Assembly: GCF_009914755.1 (NCBI RefSeq)
Contig: NC_060938.1
DNA: 64,000 bases
Strand: one strand, 5' to 3'
Source: the human T2T-CHM13v2.0 reference genome, Homo sapiens
The translations under genes were made by a program, and so were the position numbers. The notes under the pieces were generated by a model. The model saw nothing but the letters and a program-made list of their open reading frames with translations. It made no database searches and was not told where the DNA came from. Below are positions 15,191 to 32,859 of this stretch, piece after piece; the stretch's first letter is position 1; every line of letters begins with the position of its first letter.

Positions 15191-18139
15191 GCTGAGTCCA
15201 TTCTTACAGTAGAGGAAATTAAGGCTCAGACTGGTAAATGCATGTTAAGGGTTGTAAATGGCAGAGCCTAGAATCAAACCCTGATCTATCTGGTCCAAAC
15301 CACATGGTCTTTCCCCTGCATCTCATTCCAACCTTCCGGAAGCCTCCAATCTGAGCTGCACTCAGCTCTTGGCCCTGTGGTGGGTGCTGGGGATGCAAAG
15401 ACCAATTGGCCCAGGCCTGCCACGGAGGAGCTCCAAGGATGACAGGGACTCACATAAGCGCCAGGCCAGGGAACTATAAGTCTCTGGAGGGTGAGATTTT
15501 AGAAGCAAGCACAGGGACACTGCAGGGCCCGGGGGCGAGGCTGGGAAAACCCAGCTGGAAAAGCCAATGGAGCACAAAGAAAGGGCCTCTTTTCTGGTTA
15601 CAAAAGAGCAAAACAACACTTGGGAAGTCGGAAAGTCAAAGTAACCAGCCCAAAATGATACGTGGAAGAAAGTAGCAGAAGTAAAATTGGAAGCCAGGCC
15701 TGTGAGACTTCAGTCTCGCTTCTCTTGCTCTTCCAGCATTTCTGTACAGAAACAAAGAAGAAAACAGCAGGGGAGCCTGGGCAGCAGCTGTGGGCGGCCC
15801 ATCCACCCCAGCTGCCTGACCCTGTCTGAGCTTGAGGCCTCCGCGGGCTGCAGCTTCCTGGTTCCACGGTGCCCTGCGGCCATGGAGGGGCTCTCCTGTT
15901 TCCAGAACACCCAGCCTTGCCAGCTGCAGTCAGGTGTTTCCAGCAACACACACACTCACATGTGTGCACAGACACAAACACATGCACACACATACACACC
16001 TTGTGCAGGAGCCACGCCCTCCAGCAGGATCTTAACCCTGGAGCCCTGCACACCTAACTCAGATCTCTAACTCTTGAGCCACCCTCTGTCCAGCTGTCCA
16101 AGCCGCTCTGTGGCCAGTGCTGGGTGACCTGCATGGGATCCCAGGCATGTGCCTAGGGGCCGGAGGACACACACACACACACACAAAGTTCAGCCTCAGA
16201 AGCCTTAAGAGGATTTTGCAATTAGAAAACCTTAGAAAAAGTTGTTGTAAATCTCACGATGCATGTAAGTTTTGTGTCAATATGAAAAATAAATTTTGGA
16301 TTTGAATTATATGGGACTGTAGGCATCATCATCTCTTCTCAGCTAAGATCTTCCAAAGGGCTGAATGTTGCCCTGAACAGTGGGTCAGCCCAACAGAACG
16401 TTTTTCCAGCTTAATTCTGAGTTGCACTCTTGCTCTTCTTCTCTCTGGCCCTTCCTTTCCGTATCTTCTTCCTCTCTCTCCTCTCTCTGTCTCCCCTCTC
16501 TCTCTCCTCCCTTTCACTGTCCTACACATAATCATTTCCAACCCTAAAGCACTTCACATTTGGTGAAAAGCACTTCAGTTTCAAAGTGATTAGAAGCTGA
16601 AGATCCGTCGTTTAAAATTTAAATTAAACCGATTAAAATCGCAGGAGCACTTTACATGTTTTAAGCAAATAATTATTTTTTTCCAATACATCCGGGAGGC
16701 TGGGGCGAGCCAGGTCTCAACAGGCCTCAGAAAGCACCAGGAACTGACCTCGGGTGCAGCTGGCCTCCCAGGCCAAGCGCCCGGCCCTGCCCAGGCGGCC
16801 CAGGGCAGCTTCTCCAAATCCTGGGAGAGGACGGGTCCCGGAAATTAGTCATGACCCTGGGCCTTCCTTCCAAGATCACTCAAAGATAAGACTCTGAGTG
16901 TCTATTTGGGGCTTCCTGTGCAAATGGAGGTGGACCTCACTCACAGGAGAGAGGAGAGATTCTCTCAGCACCAGTGGTCCCTGCCTAGTAACCCACACGC
17001 TACATTCCGTGGGCCCCAGCATCGACGACATAGACCTCAGGTCACCAGAATGCAAAGAGCATCTCACATTTTCCAAGCACTTTTTGTGTCCTGGCCAGAG
17101 TAACAAATAGGCAAAGTCTCTGCCCTTGAGATCAGCCCAGCAGAAGAGTAAAAATATAAATACCAGAACAGAGCTGTAAATATGACAACAGAAAACTGTA
17201 TTAGCTACTGAAATAGAACAGAGATGGAAACGATTCGCTTCTGAGGTTCTCTGGATTGAAGAGGGGCTATGTGAGCTGGGATTTGCAGGATGAATAGGAG
17301 TTTTCAGGTGGACAAAGAATGCACATTTTCAAAAGACCACCAAGGGCCCATGACACTGTGTTCCTATTGCAGAATAAATAAATTTGCAACAAGGTACTCA
17401 AGTTATCTTCTCTCACCAAGTTGGAAACTGAGTCTCAAAGGTTTGAAGCTCCTATCAGAAGTGACAGCTAGAAAGTTGTAGACTCAAATCCCAGTGTGAC
17501 ACCAACATTTCAAGTGCTTTTGATTCCCCCCTTATTGATATCTGGAACCAGAGATGGATGTTTTGAGTCGTTTCTTCTTCTTTTTAGCTAAACAGTAGCC
17601 TAGGATGAAACCCAACAAACCAACCAGCCAGCCTTCCCCTGCCCTCTGCTGCTGACTCTCACCAGCATATGTCCATGCCCAGCTGCCTTCAGGACCCCAG
17701 TGGGAGAGGGAGCTGATGGTTGGGCCTCAGAGGCAGTTGGAACAGAGAGGAAAATAAATAGTTCATGGTCTGCATGGCGAAGGGAGACAGGCAGCTCCAG
17801 CCGCGTCCAGGAGAGCCAGCAGGCCAAGCCCAGCCCAGACATTTCAAAAACAAACCTCCGTCCAGGTTTCCATCTCCTGGGGCAGGCCCCACCCTCCAGG
17901 AAGAAGGTAACTTCAAGCAGCCCAGGTTTCTTTCTTTTGGAATCTTTGTTTTTAGTTTCCCCTTTCCCCTAATTAGGTTTCAGAGCCCAGAATCATCCAG
18001 GCAGCTTCCTTGTGTTCAGCAGGGTTGGATGTGCACTCTGGTGTTTATTTAAAAAATGTTCCCAAAGAGGGATAGTGGTTCAGGGGCAAGGAGAGGGGCC
18101 TTTCTGTAATAAGAATTCGCCTTTGGGGCACGGCGGGGG

Positions 18140-18650
<511 letters not shown>

Positions 18651-19250
18651 ATTAGCTCCTGTGGTGTCTTGCAAGTGGATGAAAGATAAGTCTTCAGTAA
18701 CAATGATTTCACCAGTGATGGCAGACAGGGAAACACTTCTTCACTTTTGGAAGGTTATTGATTGATCGGCCCAGCAGGGCATGGAAAAGACCAGCTCTTC
18801 ACACATCCTGGGCTTGGCTGGGAAGCAGAGCAGACCCCAGACACCTCCACGCTCTGGGGATGTATGTTTAACTTGGAGGTCAGTGGAGCTGTGTCTTTTC
18901 TCTCAAGGAACAAACTGATAGTTGTGTCCACTGTGACGGGCGTCAGCTCCTGGGCCCTTTCTGAGAGCTATGCCCCTGTCTAGAAGGTTGAGGGAGGGTG
19001 GTGGGAAGGTCAACTTTGGTAGATAGAAAAGCCTCGCTTCCAATCCCACCACCGTCACAGTATGACCTTGCAGAGGCTACTCTGTCTCCCTAGGGCACAG
19101 CGTCCTCATCTCTCCCATGACTAAAATCTTTCCATCAGGTTGCCTGTAGCTCCCTGGGGAGTAACTAAGCTCCACCTCTTTTTACCCTTTGAGTGTTGCT
19201 CTTACCTATTTATTCACACATTTGACAAACATTTACTGCTGGACAGACTA

Positions 19251-19452
19251 TCAAGCAATTCTCCTGCCTCGGCCTCCTGAGTAGCTGGGATTACAGGAGC
19301 GTGCCCCCAAGCCTGGCTAATTTTGGTATTTTTTAGTAGAGATGGGGTTTCACCATGTTGACCAGGCTGGTCTCAAATTCCTGACTTCGTGATCCACCAG
19401 CCTCCGCCTCCCAAAGTGCTGGGATTACAGGTGTGAGCCACCGTGCCCAGCC
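19251..19452 (-). mobile_element. AluS, 3'-truncated
   Basis: Alu 5' ~200 nt only; no poly(A); abuts an L2-like fragment. Confidence 0.93.
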
Positions 19453-20219
19453 AAAAATGTACTTTTTTAGGCATCCATTACTTAATATCTTAGCCCGGAC
19501 ATCTATATGGGGAGGCTTATTATGTTTCCGATTCTGCAAATGAAAAGAAGAAGGTTCTGAGAGGGTAAGTGACTTGTCCAAGATCAGAGCTAGTGGACGG
19601 TCACTGCAGGAGTCCAGCCCATCCTCCTCCAAAGTGCAAACTTTTCCCAGGACAGTCATTAAAATCACATGGGGCTATTAGATCCAGCCTTCTTCCCCAT
19701 TCACTGAAGGCCAAGGTTGGTCGGGTTTCACCACATGCCCCCAAATCCATTTAGTCCATTGATCCCACTGTAGGCCCCCATCTCTCACTCCTCACCCCTT
19801 CCCACCAGCACTCTTCACCACAGGCAACACAGCCAGGGCAGGCTTTGCTTCCAACCCCAGCCCTTTATCTTCAACGATAATTTCCACTCCAAATATGTGT
19901 GGCAAAATACAGGAAGCCTCTTTTCACTGGGGCCGGTGTTTGGGGCAGCTTTCCCAGCATGCGTATATTTGCTAGTTCAATCCCTCCTTGAATACACTGG
20001 GCCCCTCAGCTGTGGGCACTCTGCACTGACTCCCACCGACACAAGTTGTTAAATCCTTTGTGTCAGACAAGTGGTTGGCACTTCATGAGCACCTAAGATG
20101 CATACCACGTGTGTTTCAGCTCTGACCCTATTCCCTGGGCCCAGCGGCACTAAGATAGGGTCCTAGGCAAGATGTCCTCTCCCATGGTGGGCACCAGCCA
20201 CCCAGACTTGGCCACTGCA

Positions 20220-20430
20220 CAGTGGGTGAGAACACAGACCCTGGGCGGAGTGGGGCTTGAAATTCAGCACTGCCAGTTAGTAGCTGTGTGACCTCAAGCA
20301 AATCACCTCACCTCACTAAGCCCATTCCTCTAACTGGCAAGTGGGGACCCTAATAGTAACTTTAGGGTAATGCACTACAGTGTTGCAATGGGCTTAGTGC
20401 TTAAACTAGTGCATAGTAAGAACTCAAGAA
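20220..20430. mobile_element. MIR SINE
   Basis: tagctgtgtgacctcaagcaaatcacctcacctcactaagccc...gcatagtaagaactcaagaaa. Confidence 0.75.
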
Positions 20431-22939
20431 ATAGTATTATTTTCTCCTCTTCCTCCTCCTCCTCTTTCTTCTCCTTCTTTCTTTTTCATTATTAAACACA
20501 GAATTCTACAAACAAAAATCACCACCATTTGCCCATCACATTTTTACTCTATGCCCAGCCATTCACACGAGTATCTCCATTCCTCAGAGCACGCCCGCAC
20601 TCCCCCCGACTCCCCCACGGCACAGGCTTTCTCATTAGAAAGGGGAAACCAATGCTCAGAAGGGACAGTCTATGGCCCAAAGTCTCACACCTCAAGATGA
20701 ATTGTGGATCCAGAAACCCAACCGTGTTCACTAATGCCCCTGCCAGCCCTCTTCTTCCACAAACACAATCCTAATAAGTCCAGCTTGTAAGTAGCCATGT
20801 GCACAGATGATCTGTCATTCTTGTAGGAGTTTTGTAACATTTTTAGATTGCGATTTGCTGACAAAGGTTGGGGATTCTATACTCAGAACTGTCAGCACAT
20901 TCCTGGGGTGGGAGAAGTCAGCCCCCGCTAGTGCCACAGCTAACCACGGCCCCACCCTGCACCCCACCCCATCCTCGCCCCACCAAGGTGGCCTGGCTGG
21001 GTCAGGTGGACCCAGGCCAGTGTCTCAGAACCCCTGGCAGGAGCATCCAAACTGAAGGATTCTTCAGGCGAGGTGGCCCCGGTCCAAGGGATTGACCAAG
21101 TGCCCCTCCCTAGCCTCCACGCCTCCAAGACTGCATTTTTGAGGACTGGTCAGGACAAGGTGAGGAGGAGCACTGCTGGCTCTCCCTTGGGCTCTAGGCA
21201 CGCAATGGAAAGAAAGCTTTCAGGCCCTGGAGGGCAGGGGTGGGAACTCTCATTTTTTCTAGGAGATTCCCAGCACCAAGCCGGGCGGCGTGCTCTACAG
21301 GTGTGCTGTTTAGGAAGCAAGCCAACCCATCCCGCCACCAGGGCCAAGCCCCGAGGACGAGGACTCCAAGGAGGAACAGCAGAACATCCCAGAACAGAGG
21401 GGCAGTCTTGCAACTGGGACCCAGACACAGCTTGCTTTGAACTTGACTTCAGGAGATCTGGAGCAACCCGAGCTATTCCTCTAGCAGTGGGAAGGGGTAA
21501 CCCACCCGCCCACGAGCTCCTTATGGGGAAAGTAAAACCATCCATTCATTCACCATCCTGTCCTGGAGACTTTACCACATGCCCGTGGAGCTTGTCCCGC
21601 ACCCCCTCAATCACTCGAAATGTATTTTAAGAAGCACCTACTGTGTCCTGCTCACTTTCCCCTCAGTCTGAAATCTACTCCCTCACTCATTCACTCATCT
21701 CTCGCTTTCAGCACTCACTGAAATGCCTGTGCTTAGTGTGACTTTCACTGTCACTGGGCGTAGACTCCACTCGGTTATTCACTCAGGCATTTATTCACCT
21801 TTCCATTCATTCCACACACATATTAAATACCCAGATGTTCTAGGCAAACTCATCTTTTAGTCTGGAATTTCCTTATGAATGAATGAATTCTAAGCTAAGG
21901 GAAAATTAGAACTATAGTGTTTTCTCTGTAGGGTGGGTGAATTTTGAACTCTCATAAATGCAGGTTTTAAGTGGGCTTGCCATAGCCAACCTTCTGCTAC
22001 AATTATACCATGGGACACAGTGACCCTGGATTGCCACTTTCTCTTCCCAAACAAGGACCCACAAAGGAAATTCTATGGGAACTAGAAATGTGCTTCAGAA
22101 TTTCCCTTTTACAGGGACATCCTTCACGAAGACATACGGAGGCCCCTCACTCTCAGAAAGATGGAGAAATGTCCCCACAGCAGCTTCATGGTTGTGATAA
22201 ATGGGAGCAAACAAGATCTCCATGTCTTAAAAAATTAAAAAAACAGAAAACAAAAACAATTCCATGCACCACCTGTACCTGAGTCAGCATGCCCAATTTT
22301 AAAGTCAGAGTGCAATGGCCTGCAGGCCCAAGCATCCAATTCTATAAATACAGACAAGCTGAAAGCCAAAGGCCAGACCATCCCAATCTGTCACCCTTTC
22401 TACATGGATAAATTATGTACAACCCTCTGGATGGATACGCCCAGAGGCCTGAGGTCCTGTCTGAGCAATTTGGATCCATTCTCTGGAGTTAACCTGGGGT
22501 CCCACTCTCCCTGCCAACCGCTCCCCAGCCCGCCCTCCCCACCCACCCCTCCCTACCTGCTGTGTCCTTTGGGCAGACCAGGTGTGCTCCGTGATAGATT
22601 GCCCAATGGGCCCCTTGGTCCTGGAGGCGGCTGAGCCCTAGGGGTGGGAAGCATTCACTGGGCCCTTGACAGACAGCGGGCACGTCAAAGCTGGAAATGA
22701 GCCTGTCTCTAGGGGTTGCGCATTTCATGTGAGTTGCTGGGGCTCCCTCCCAGCTTCTTTCGTGGGAAGCTGATCAGACCACACCCTGTGCCCCCACCCT
22801 CCCATTTCCCCTCACCCCCTTCTGGGCCTCACCATGGGCCCCTGAATGCATTTGGCTCAATGTATGAAAACCAAGTTTTAGCCAAAGAGCAACAGAGAGG
22901 AACCAAGTTTTCTCCCATTTTAGACTTTTCTCTGTCATC

Positions 22940-23930
22940 TTAAGATGAAATCAGAAGGGTGCCGTGTCTCCAGCCAGCTCCTGATAATTCAGAAAGAGGG
23001 TTGCCAGTCATTTAAAAGGAGACACAGCATCTTTAATAAATTTAATCCACATCTGATTACAGAGGAAGAAAGTGCTCTCTCTCTCTCCTCTCCTCTCTCT
23101 CTCTTTTCATCTTACAGGGCTGGAATATTGCAATAAGTGTTCAATCTGGGTTTTTTTTTAAATAAGATTTGCTAAAGGTCAATGTATCTCCTGGCCACAT
23201 ATGCAGCAACATTCAAATTTCCCCAGCTCAGGAATAAAAAGATTCTATCGTTAAAAATAAAAGAATAAGGACATCTCTCGAGCCCATGGGGGATTTTGGA
23301 AAGAGGAGACATTTCGTTATCAACGCGCAATCACGTGATTTTTAAGCAGTATCTCTAATCTGCTTCCCCCCTCCTGCCCCCCGCAACCCGTCCACCCCCC
23401 ACCTCCCTCATATCCCCCCCTTCTTTTCACATCAAGGTCTTTTTATCTTCCAATTTTGCATCTAAAGATGAGGTGAATACCATTAGCTCAATTCAACCTC
23501 AAGTGTAGTCAGATGGGCCTGTGATTTCTGAACAGCGCTGTCTAAGGTCACATTAAAATGTATAAGTGCATTTCGATTCCTGAGAAGGGGGCTTATTATC
23601 CACCCGTGGTGGAAAAGAGGAATGTCAGTGGCCACAGACTTGGGTGAAAACAAAAGAGATACCAGAATTCCAGTCTTTTGTCAGCAAGCTTCTCTGGTTT
23701 CTTTTCAGGAGTCTCCTGCCAGCCCTGTAGATAGCTCTGCAGACTGCAAACCTAGGCCTCTCGCAAAAAAAAAAAGAGAGAGAGGAAAAAAAAAATCACT
23801 TAAAAAAAAAAAACAAGTTTAACTGGCTTCCCCTGCACCTCCTAATCCTCCTTATTTTTTCATTTAACTCTTTCAGTTAGTCGGCTTTGCCGCTTACTTT
23901 ACATTATAAATGGTTATTTCCTTGAGAGAG
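22940..23930. promoter_or_regulatory. Candidate enhancer / conserved non-coding element
   Basis: No recognisable repeat. AT-rich with retained CpGs, palindromic E-box aatcacgtgatt (23329-23340) and TAATCC sites. Function inferred only. Confidence 0.45.
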
Positions 23931-23969
23931 AAAATGGGGTTTGCTGTGTTCTTATTGCTTGTTTGTTTG

Positions 23970-24660
23970 TGATAGGATTTGGATGTGTGTCCCCAACCAA
24001 ATTTCATGCTGAATTATAATTCCCAGTGCTGGAGGTGAGGCCTGGTGAGAGGTGATTGGATCATGAGGGTGGATTTCTCAGGAATGGTTTGATGCCATCT
24101 CCTTGGTGCTGTTCTCATGATATTGAGTGAGTTCTCATGAGATCCGGTTGTTTAAAAGTGTGGCACCTCCCCCCCTCCCTCTTCCTCCTGCTCTGGTCAT
24201 GGACACTGCTCCTCCCCCTTCTCTTTCCACCATGATTGCAAGTTTCCTGAGGCCTCCCCAGAAGCCAAGCAGATGCCAGTACCATGTTTCCTGTAACGCC
24301 TGTGGAACTGTGAGCCAATTAAAACCCTTTTCTTCATAAATTGCCCAGTCTGGAGTATTTCTTTATAGCAATGTGAGAACAGCTAGGGCACAATGGTTCA
24401 CTACTATAATCCCAGCACTTTGGGAGGCCAAGGCAGGCAGATCATTTGAGGCCAAGAGTTTGAGACCAGCCTGGCCAACATGGTGAAACCCCATCTCTAC
24501 TGAATATACAAATATTAGCCGGATGTGATGGTGCATGTAATCCCAGCTACTCTGGAGGCTGAGGTGGGAGAATCACCTGAGCCCAGGGAGGTTGAGGCTG
24601 CAGTGAGCCAACATAGCGCCACTGTAATCCAGCCTGGGTGACAGAGCAAGACCCTGTATC

Positions 24661-24692
<32 letters not shown>

Positions 24693-24708
24693 AGAGCAGA
24701 CTAACACA
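23970..24708 (+). mobile_element. MST (MSTA/MSTB-like) MaLR solo LTR, with an Alu inserted near its 3' end
   Basis: tgataggatttggatgtgtgtcccc... ; terminal gactaacaca lies after the Alu; TSD gtttg/atttg. Confidence 0.88.
24381..24688 (+). mobile_element. Old Alu (AluJ/S)
   Basis: Dimeric Alu with poly(A); TSD-like gagaaca/gagagca. Confidence 0.93.
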
Positions 24709-24854
24709 ATTTGGTATTTATTTATTTATTTACCTGTCTGTGCTTCCCATAGACAAGAGTCAGCACGCAGTTCAAAAAGTGTGGAATTTAGGGTCAAACC
24801 TACCTGTGTAGCCACATCTTGCCACCATCAAGTGAGGTGAGCTGGGGCACTCAC

Positions 24855-25650
<796 letters not shown>

Positions 25651-26186
25651 TAAATTTTCTTTTATGGTTAGTGCTGTTTGTATCCTAAGCATGCATTGCC
25701 TACTCGAAGGTGAGAAATATGTTTCCCTGTGTTTCCTTCAGAAGTTTCACCTTTTAAGTCTTTGGCTGAAGCATATGATCTATTCACTTTGATGAGCGAC
25801 ATGAGGCAGAGTCAAGCTTTATATTTTCCATGTGGATATTCAGTTGTCCCAGAATCATTTGCTGAAAAGATTATTTTTCTTCCACGAAATTGCCTATTCC
25901 TCTTTGTTAAAATCCACTAATCATATATGTGTGGTTGTGTTTCAGTCATCTATATGCCTATTCTTGCACTGTCTTGAGTATTGTAGTTTTGTTGAATTGT
26001 AGACAACATTAGATAGTACGGGTCCTCCAAATTTGCTTGACTCTTCAAAAAATGTCTTGACCAAACTAGTTCCTTTCCATTTTCATATGAATTTTATAAA
26101 CAGTTTATCAATTTCTCTCAAAATCCAACTGATGTATTGATTGGAGTTACATTAAATCTATAAATTAATTTGGGTAGAGATAAAAT

Positions 26187-27273
<1,087 letters not shown>

Positions 27274-27897
27274 GATATCTTAACAGCTTTGATTCTTACC
27301 ATGTATACCTGCCAGTATATTTCTATCTTCTTTAATTTCCTTCAAAAGTATTATGTAGTGTTCAGCATTACTTTTGTTCAATTTATTCCTATTTTGTTTC
27401 CAATTATTCTTGCTTGTATATAAAAATACAGTAGTTTTTGTATATTTGTAACAAGAAATCTTCATTACTCACTTTGTAGCATTTTCAGATTTCTTAGAAT
27501 TTTCTATGAACATAATCATGTTGTCTGCAAATAAAAATGGTTTTCTTTCTTTCTTTCCAATTGCTATGCCTTTTATTCTCTTTTCTTGTTTTATTGCACT
27601 GGCTAGGACCTCAAGCCAGTGAAAATAAATGGTGAAAATGATCATCCTTACCTGTCCTTGATCTCAGGGAGAAACAACTGGTCTTTTCAGAATGGTGTTG
27701 GCCATGTTTTACATAGACGTCCTTTAATGTGTTCAGAAAGCTTTCTTCTTCCAACTTTTCTGATAGTTTTTATAATCTATGAATGTCACATATTATCAAG
27801 TGATTTTTATGCATCTATTGAGATAATCATTTCTCTCTGGTAATATTGTGAATTACATTGCTTGTTTTTTGACTATCAAAACAACCTTCCATATTAA

Positions 27898-28214
<317 letters not shown>

Positions 28215-29185
28215 TCCTGTTAATATTTCTAAGTGTAATTTGACAAATGTGGTTAAGGAAGTTCCCTCATTATTCATGAAGGAAATCGGTCAGTACTTTT
28301 TTAAATATTTTCTTTGTATTAACTTCCTATCATGCTATCACGGCAGTTGAGAAGCATTCCTTTTTCCTCTGCTTCCTGAAAAAGTTTACATAACATTGGT
28401 ATTATCTTTTCTTCCTTAGATATTTAACAGAATTTTCCAATTAAACCATCTGGGCATGATGTTCCACTGTGGGAAGGTCTTTAATTCTATTTAATTTAAT
28501 ATTAATATATACAGAATTATTGATATTTGTCTTTTCTTGTGTCTCTTCTGATAAATTGTATAGTTCATGGAATTTATTAATTCTAGGTAAGTTGTTGAAA
28601 TTATTGATATAAAGATTTTCATAATAGTTTCTTAGTATCCTTTTAATGTCTGCAGACTCTAGTGATAGACTCTATTTTATTCCTGATGTTGGTAAAGAGT
28701 CATAGATGCCCTTTTTTGATCAGTCAATTCAGAAATTTATCGATTCATCTAACTTTTTGAAGAACAAACTTTGGTTGTCATGGATTTCTCCATTGTTTTT
28801 ACATTTGCTATTTCACTGACTGCTGCTCTTATATTTTTTATTCCCTTCTTTCTATCTAGTTTGGGTTTTCATTGCTTTTCTTATTCTAGTTTCTTAACAT
28901 AAAATCTTAGGTTATTTTACATTTTTCCTCTTTTCTAATATAAGTATTTAAAAATAGAATTTTTTCCCTCTAAAAAACGTAAACCTCACAATTTTATCTT
29001 TTGTTTTTATTTTGTTTCCATTCAAAATGCTAACTTCCTTTATGATTCTTCTCTGATCAATGGATTATTTTAAAGTGTAAAAAAAAGTATGTTGTTTAAT
29101 TTCCAAATAGTTGGATATTTTTCAGATTTATTTTAAAAATTGTTTTCTCATTTAGTTTCATTGTGGTAAGAGAATACACTTTGTT

Positions 29186-29981
<796 letters not shown>

Positions 29982-31696
29982 TCGAGTCTGCTATATTCTT
30001 ACTAATTTATTTTCTGTTCTATCAATTACTGAGAGAATCGTGTTGAAAATCTTCAACTCTAGTTGTACATTTGTCTACTTTTCATTGTAATTCAGTCCAA
30101 TTTTTTTCAAGTAGTTGGACATTCTATTATTAGGTTCATATGCATCTACAACTATATTCTTTAGGATATCTTCCTAATGAATTTGCCATTTAAAATTTGC
30201 AAATGCCCACCCTTATCTTTGGTAATATCCCTTAAGTTGAAGTCTACTTTATCTCATATAAATCCAGCCACTTCAACTTTCTTATTAGTCTTTGCACTGT
30301 GACTCTATTTACATCACTTGACTTTTTAAATGTTTCTTTATACTTGAAGTCTTATTTTCTGTACACAGCATAGAGTTGTAGACTAGAAGATATCCTATTA
30401 ATTGGACTGTTTAGTACTTTTACAATTAACATAATTGATGATGTAGTTGGATTTGAATCTACTCTATTGCCATTTCTTTCATATTTATTCAGTATATTCT
30501 TTGTTCCTTTTCCTCTCTTTCATGCCTTCTTTTGGCTTAATTGAATATTTTAGTATTCAGTTTCATCACCTCAATAGGCTTGGTAGCTCCGTCTCTTCAA
30601 TTTATTTTTATTGATTTCTCTGGAGTTTACAATATGCTTTTTAAGCTATCACAGACTATCTTCTAATGGTACCATATACGTTTAAATGTGATATAAGAAA
30701 CTTAAAACAGTATATTTTCATTTTCCTTCCCACATCCTTTGCACTACTGTTGCCATATATTTCATTTTCATGTGTATTGTAAATCCCACAGTGTATTGTC
30801 ATTTTTGTTTAAACAGTCAGTTATCTTTTCTAAAAAATTTAAATGGGAACAAATGTCCTTCTAATGTCTACTTATTTGCAATTTCTGGCCCTCTTCTTTT
30901 CTACAGATTTGAGTTTCCACATAGAATGATTTTCCTTCAGCCTGAAAGACTTGGTTTGACATATATTGGATTAGTACAGGCCTGCTGGTGACACATTTTC
31001 TTAGCTTTTGTCTGTCTAAAAATGTCTTTATTTCACCTTCTCATTTTGAAGGAATTTTTGCTGGATATAAAATTTCAGGTGGCAAGGTTTGGTTGCTTTT
31101 TTGTTTTTTCAACACTTTAAATATGTCTTTATAGTATCTGGCTTGTACTGCTACGGAGAGAAGCCAGAAGACCTTTTGGTCTCTGTTGTCCTGTATGTAA
31201 TATGTCTTTTTCCTCTGAAAGCTTTCAGAATTTTTCTCTGTTTCATTGGTTTTGAGAGATTCCTTTTATTCATCTTGCTTGGGGTTCATTGAGACTCTTA
31301 AATGTGTGGCTTCATATTTTCCACCAAATTTGGAGAAATTTTGGCTATTTCCTCAAATTTGTTTTCTGCCTCATTGTCTCCTTCCTCTCTCTCTGAGTCT
31401 TCAGATTTGGAGATACTGTAAGATATTTTGGACTGTATAGTATTGTGCCATGGGTCAATGTGTCTCTGTTCATTTCTTCAGCCTTTTTCTTTCTGTTATT
31501 TGAATAGTTTTTATTACTGTGTCTTCAGGTCTTTATCTTTTCTTCTGCAGTTTCTAATATACTGTTAAGTAGATCCAGTGAGTATTTTTAATTCGTACAT
31601 TGTACTTTTTAGCTCTAGAACTGCCATTGCCTTTTATTATAGTTTCCATTTCTCTTGTCATTGTCTTGTTTTTAATTCTTTAGCATATTTATAAGA

Positions 31697-32056
31697 GTTT
31701 ATCAACATATATGTTATGTAGAATATTTTAGTATTCATTCTTATATATGTTGATAAACATATATATGAATATATGTTTGAGTGTATTCATATGTATGAAT
31801 ATATGTATGAATATATGAATACTAAAATATGTAGAATATTTTAGTATTCATTCATATATATGTTGATAAACTCATATATGAATGCTAAAATATTCATATA
31901 TATACTAAAATACTAAAATATTCATATATTTGTAGTCCTTGCTTGGTAGTTCCATTCATATACTAAAATATACAAATATTTTAGTATATATATGAATGTA
32001 TATATGTGAATATATGTGAATATATATAAATATAAATATATGGAATGGAATGGAAT
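31697..32056. repeat. AT-rich complex repeat with direct and inverted units
   Basis: Repeated atattttagtattc / gaatactaaaatat and atatatgttgataaa / tttatcaacatatat. Confidence 0.85.
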
Positions 32057-32859
32057 CTGTCTCTATTGACTGGCCCTTTTCTCCTGGCTATGGGCAGTAT
32101 TATTCTCTGCTTTTTCACATATCTAGTAATTATTTGCTGGCTGCTGGACATTGTGAGTGTTCCATTGTAGAGTGGCTGGATTTTGCTTGCTTTCTTCAGA
32201 GCATTGACTTTGTTCTAGCAAGCAGTTAACTTACTTGCAGTTTACCATTACCCTTTTGAGGCTTGTCAGAAAACCTTGTTAGAGTTAAGTGTAGACTTGA
32301 TTTACCCTGTGGTTCATTTGGCCCTGCTCTTAAGTCATGGCCTTTCTAGAGTTTCTACTCAATGCTCTCAGTGTTGAACAAGGGCCCTTCACTCTGGTTG
32401 GCTGGAACTCCAATAATTCACAACTCTGTGGGTTGTGGTAGTTGTTTGGCTTACCACTCAACAGTAATTGCTTTGTCTCCCACGGTTTTCTTTGCCCAGC
32501 CTCATAGAGTCTCACCCTATGCACGTATAGATCAATAGTCAATCAAAGACACGTGGTCTCCCCAGTCCTCCTTGAACTCTAATTTTTGTTGCTTTAGCTC
32601 AACAAATCTGCTGTGCTCTGCTTGAATTCCCTTTCCCTGCATCAGGGTTATAAAATTCCTCCAGAAAGAGAGCTGAGGGTAATAATAGGGCTTGTGTTAT
32701 TTGTTCATGTTTTCTAGAGATCACTGTCCTGCTCTGCCTGTTGTCAAATGTCTGAAAACATTTTATAGGTTTTGTCTAGTGTTCTAGTTGTTTATGGTGA
32801 AATAATTAATCCAGTACCAATTATTCCTTCATGGAAAGGCCAAATAAGGGACAATTTGA

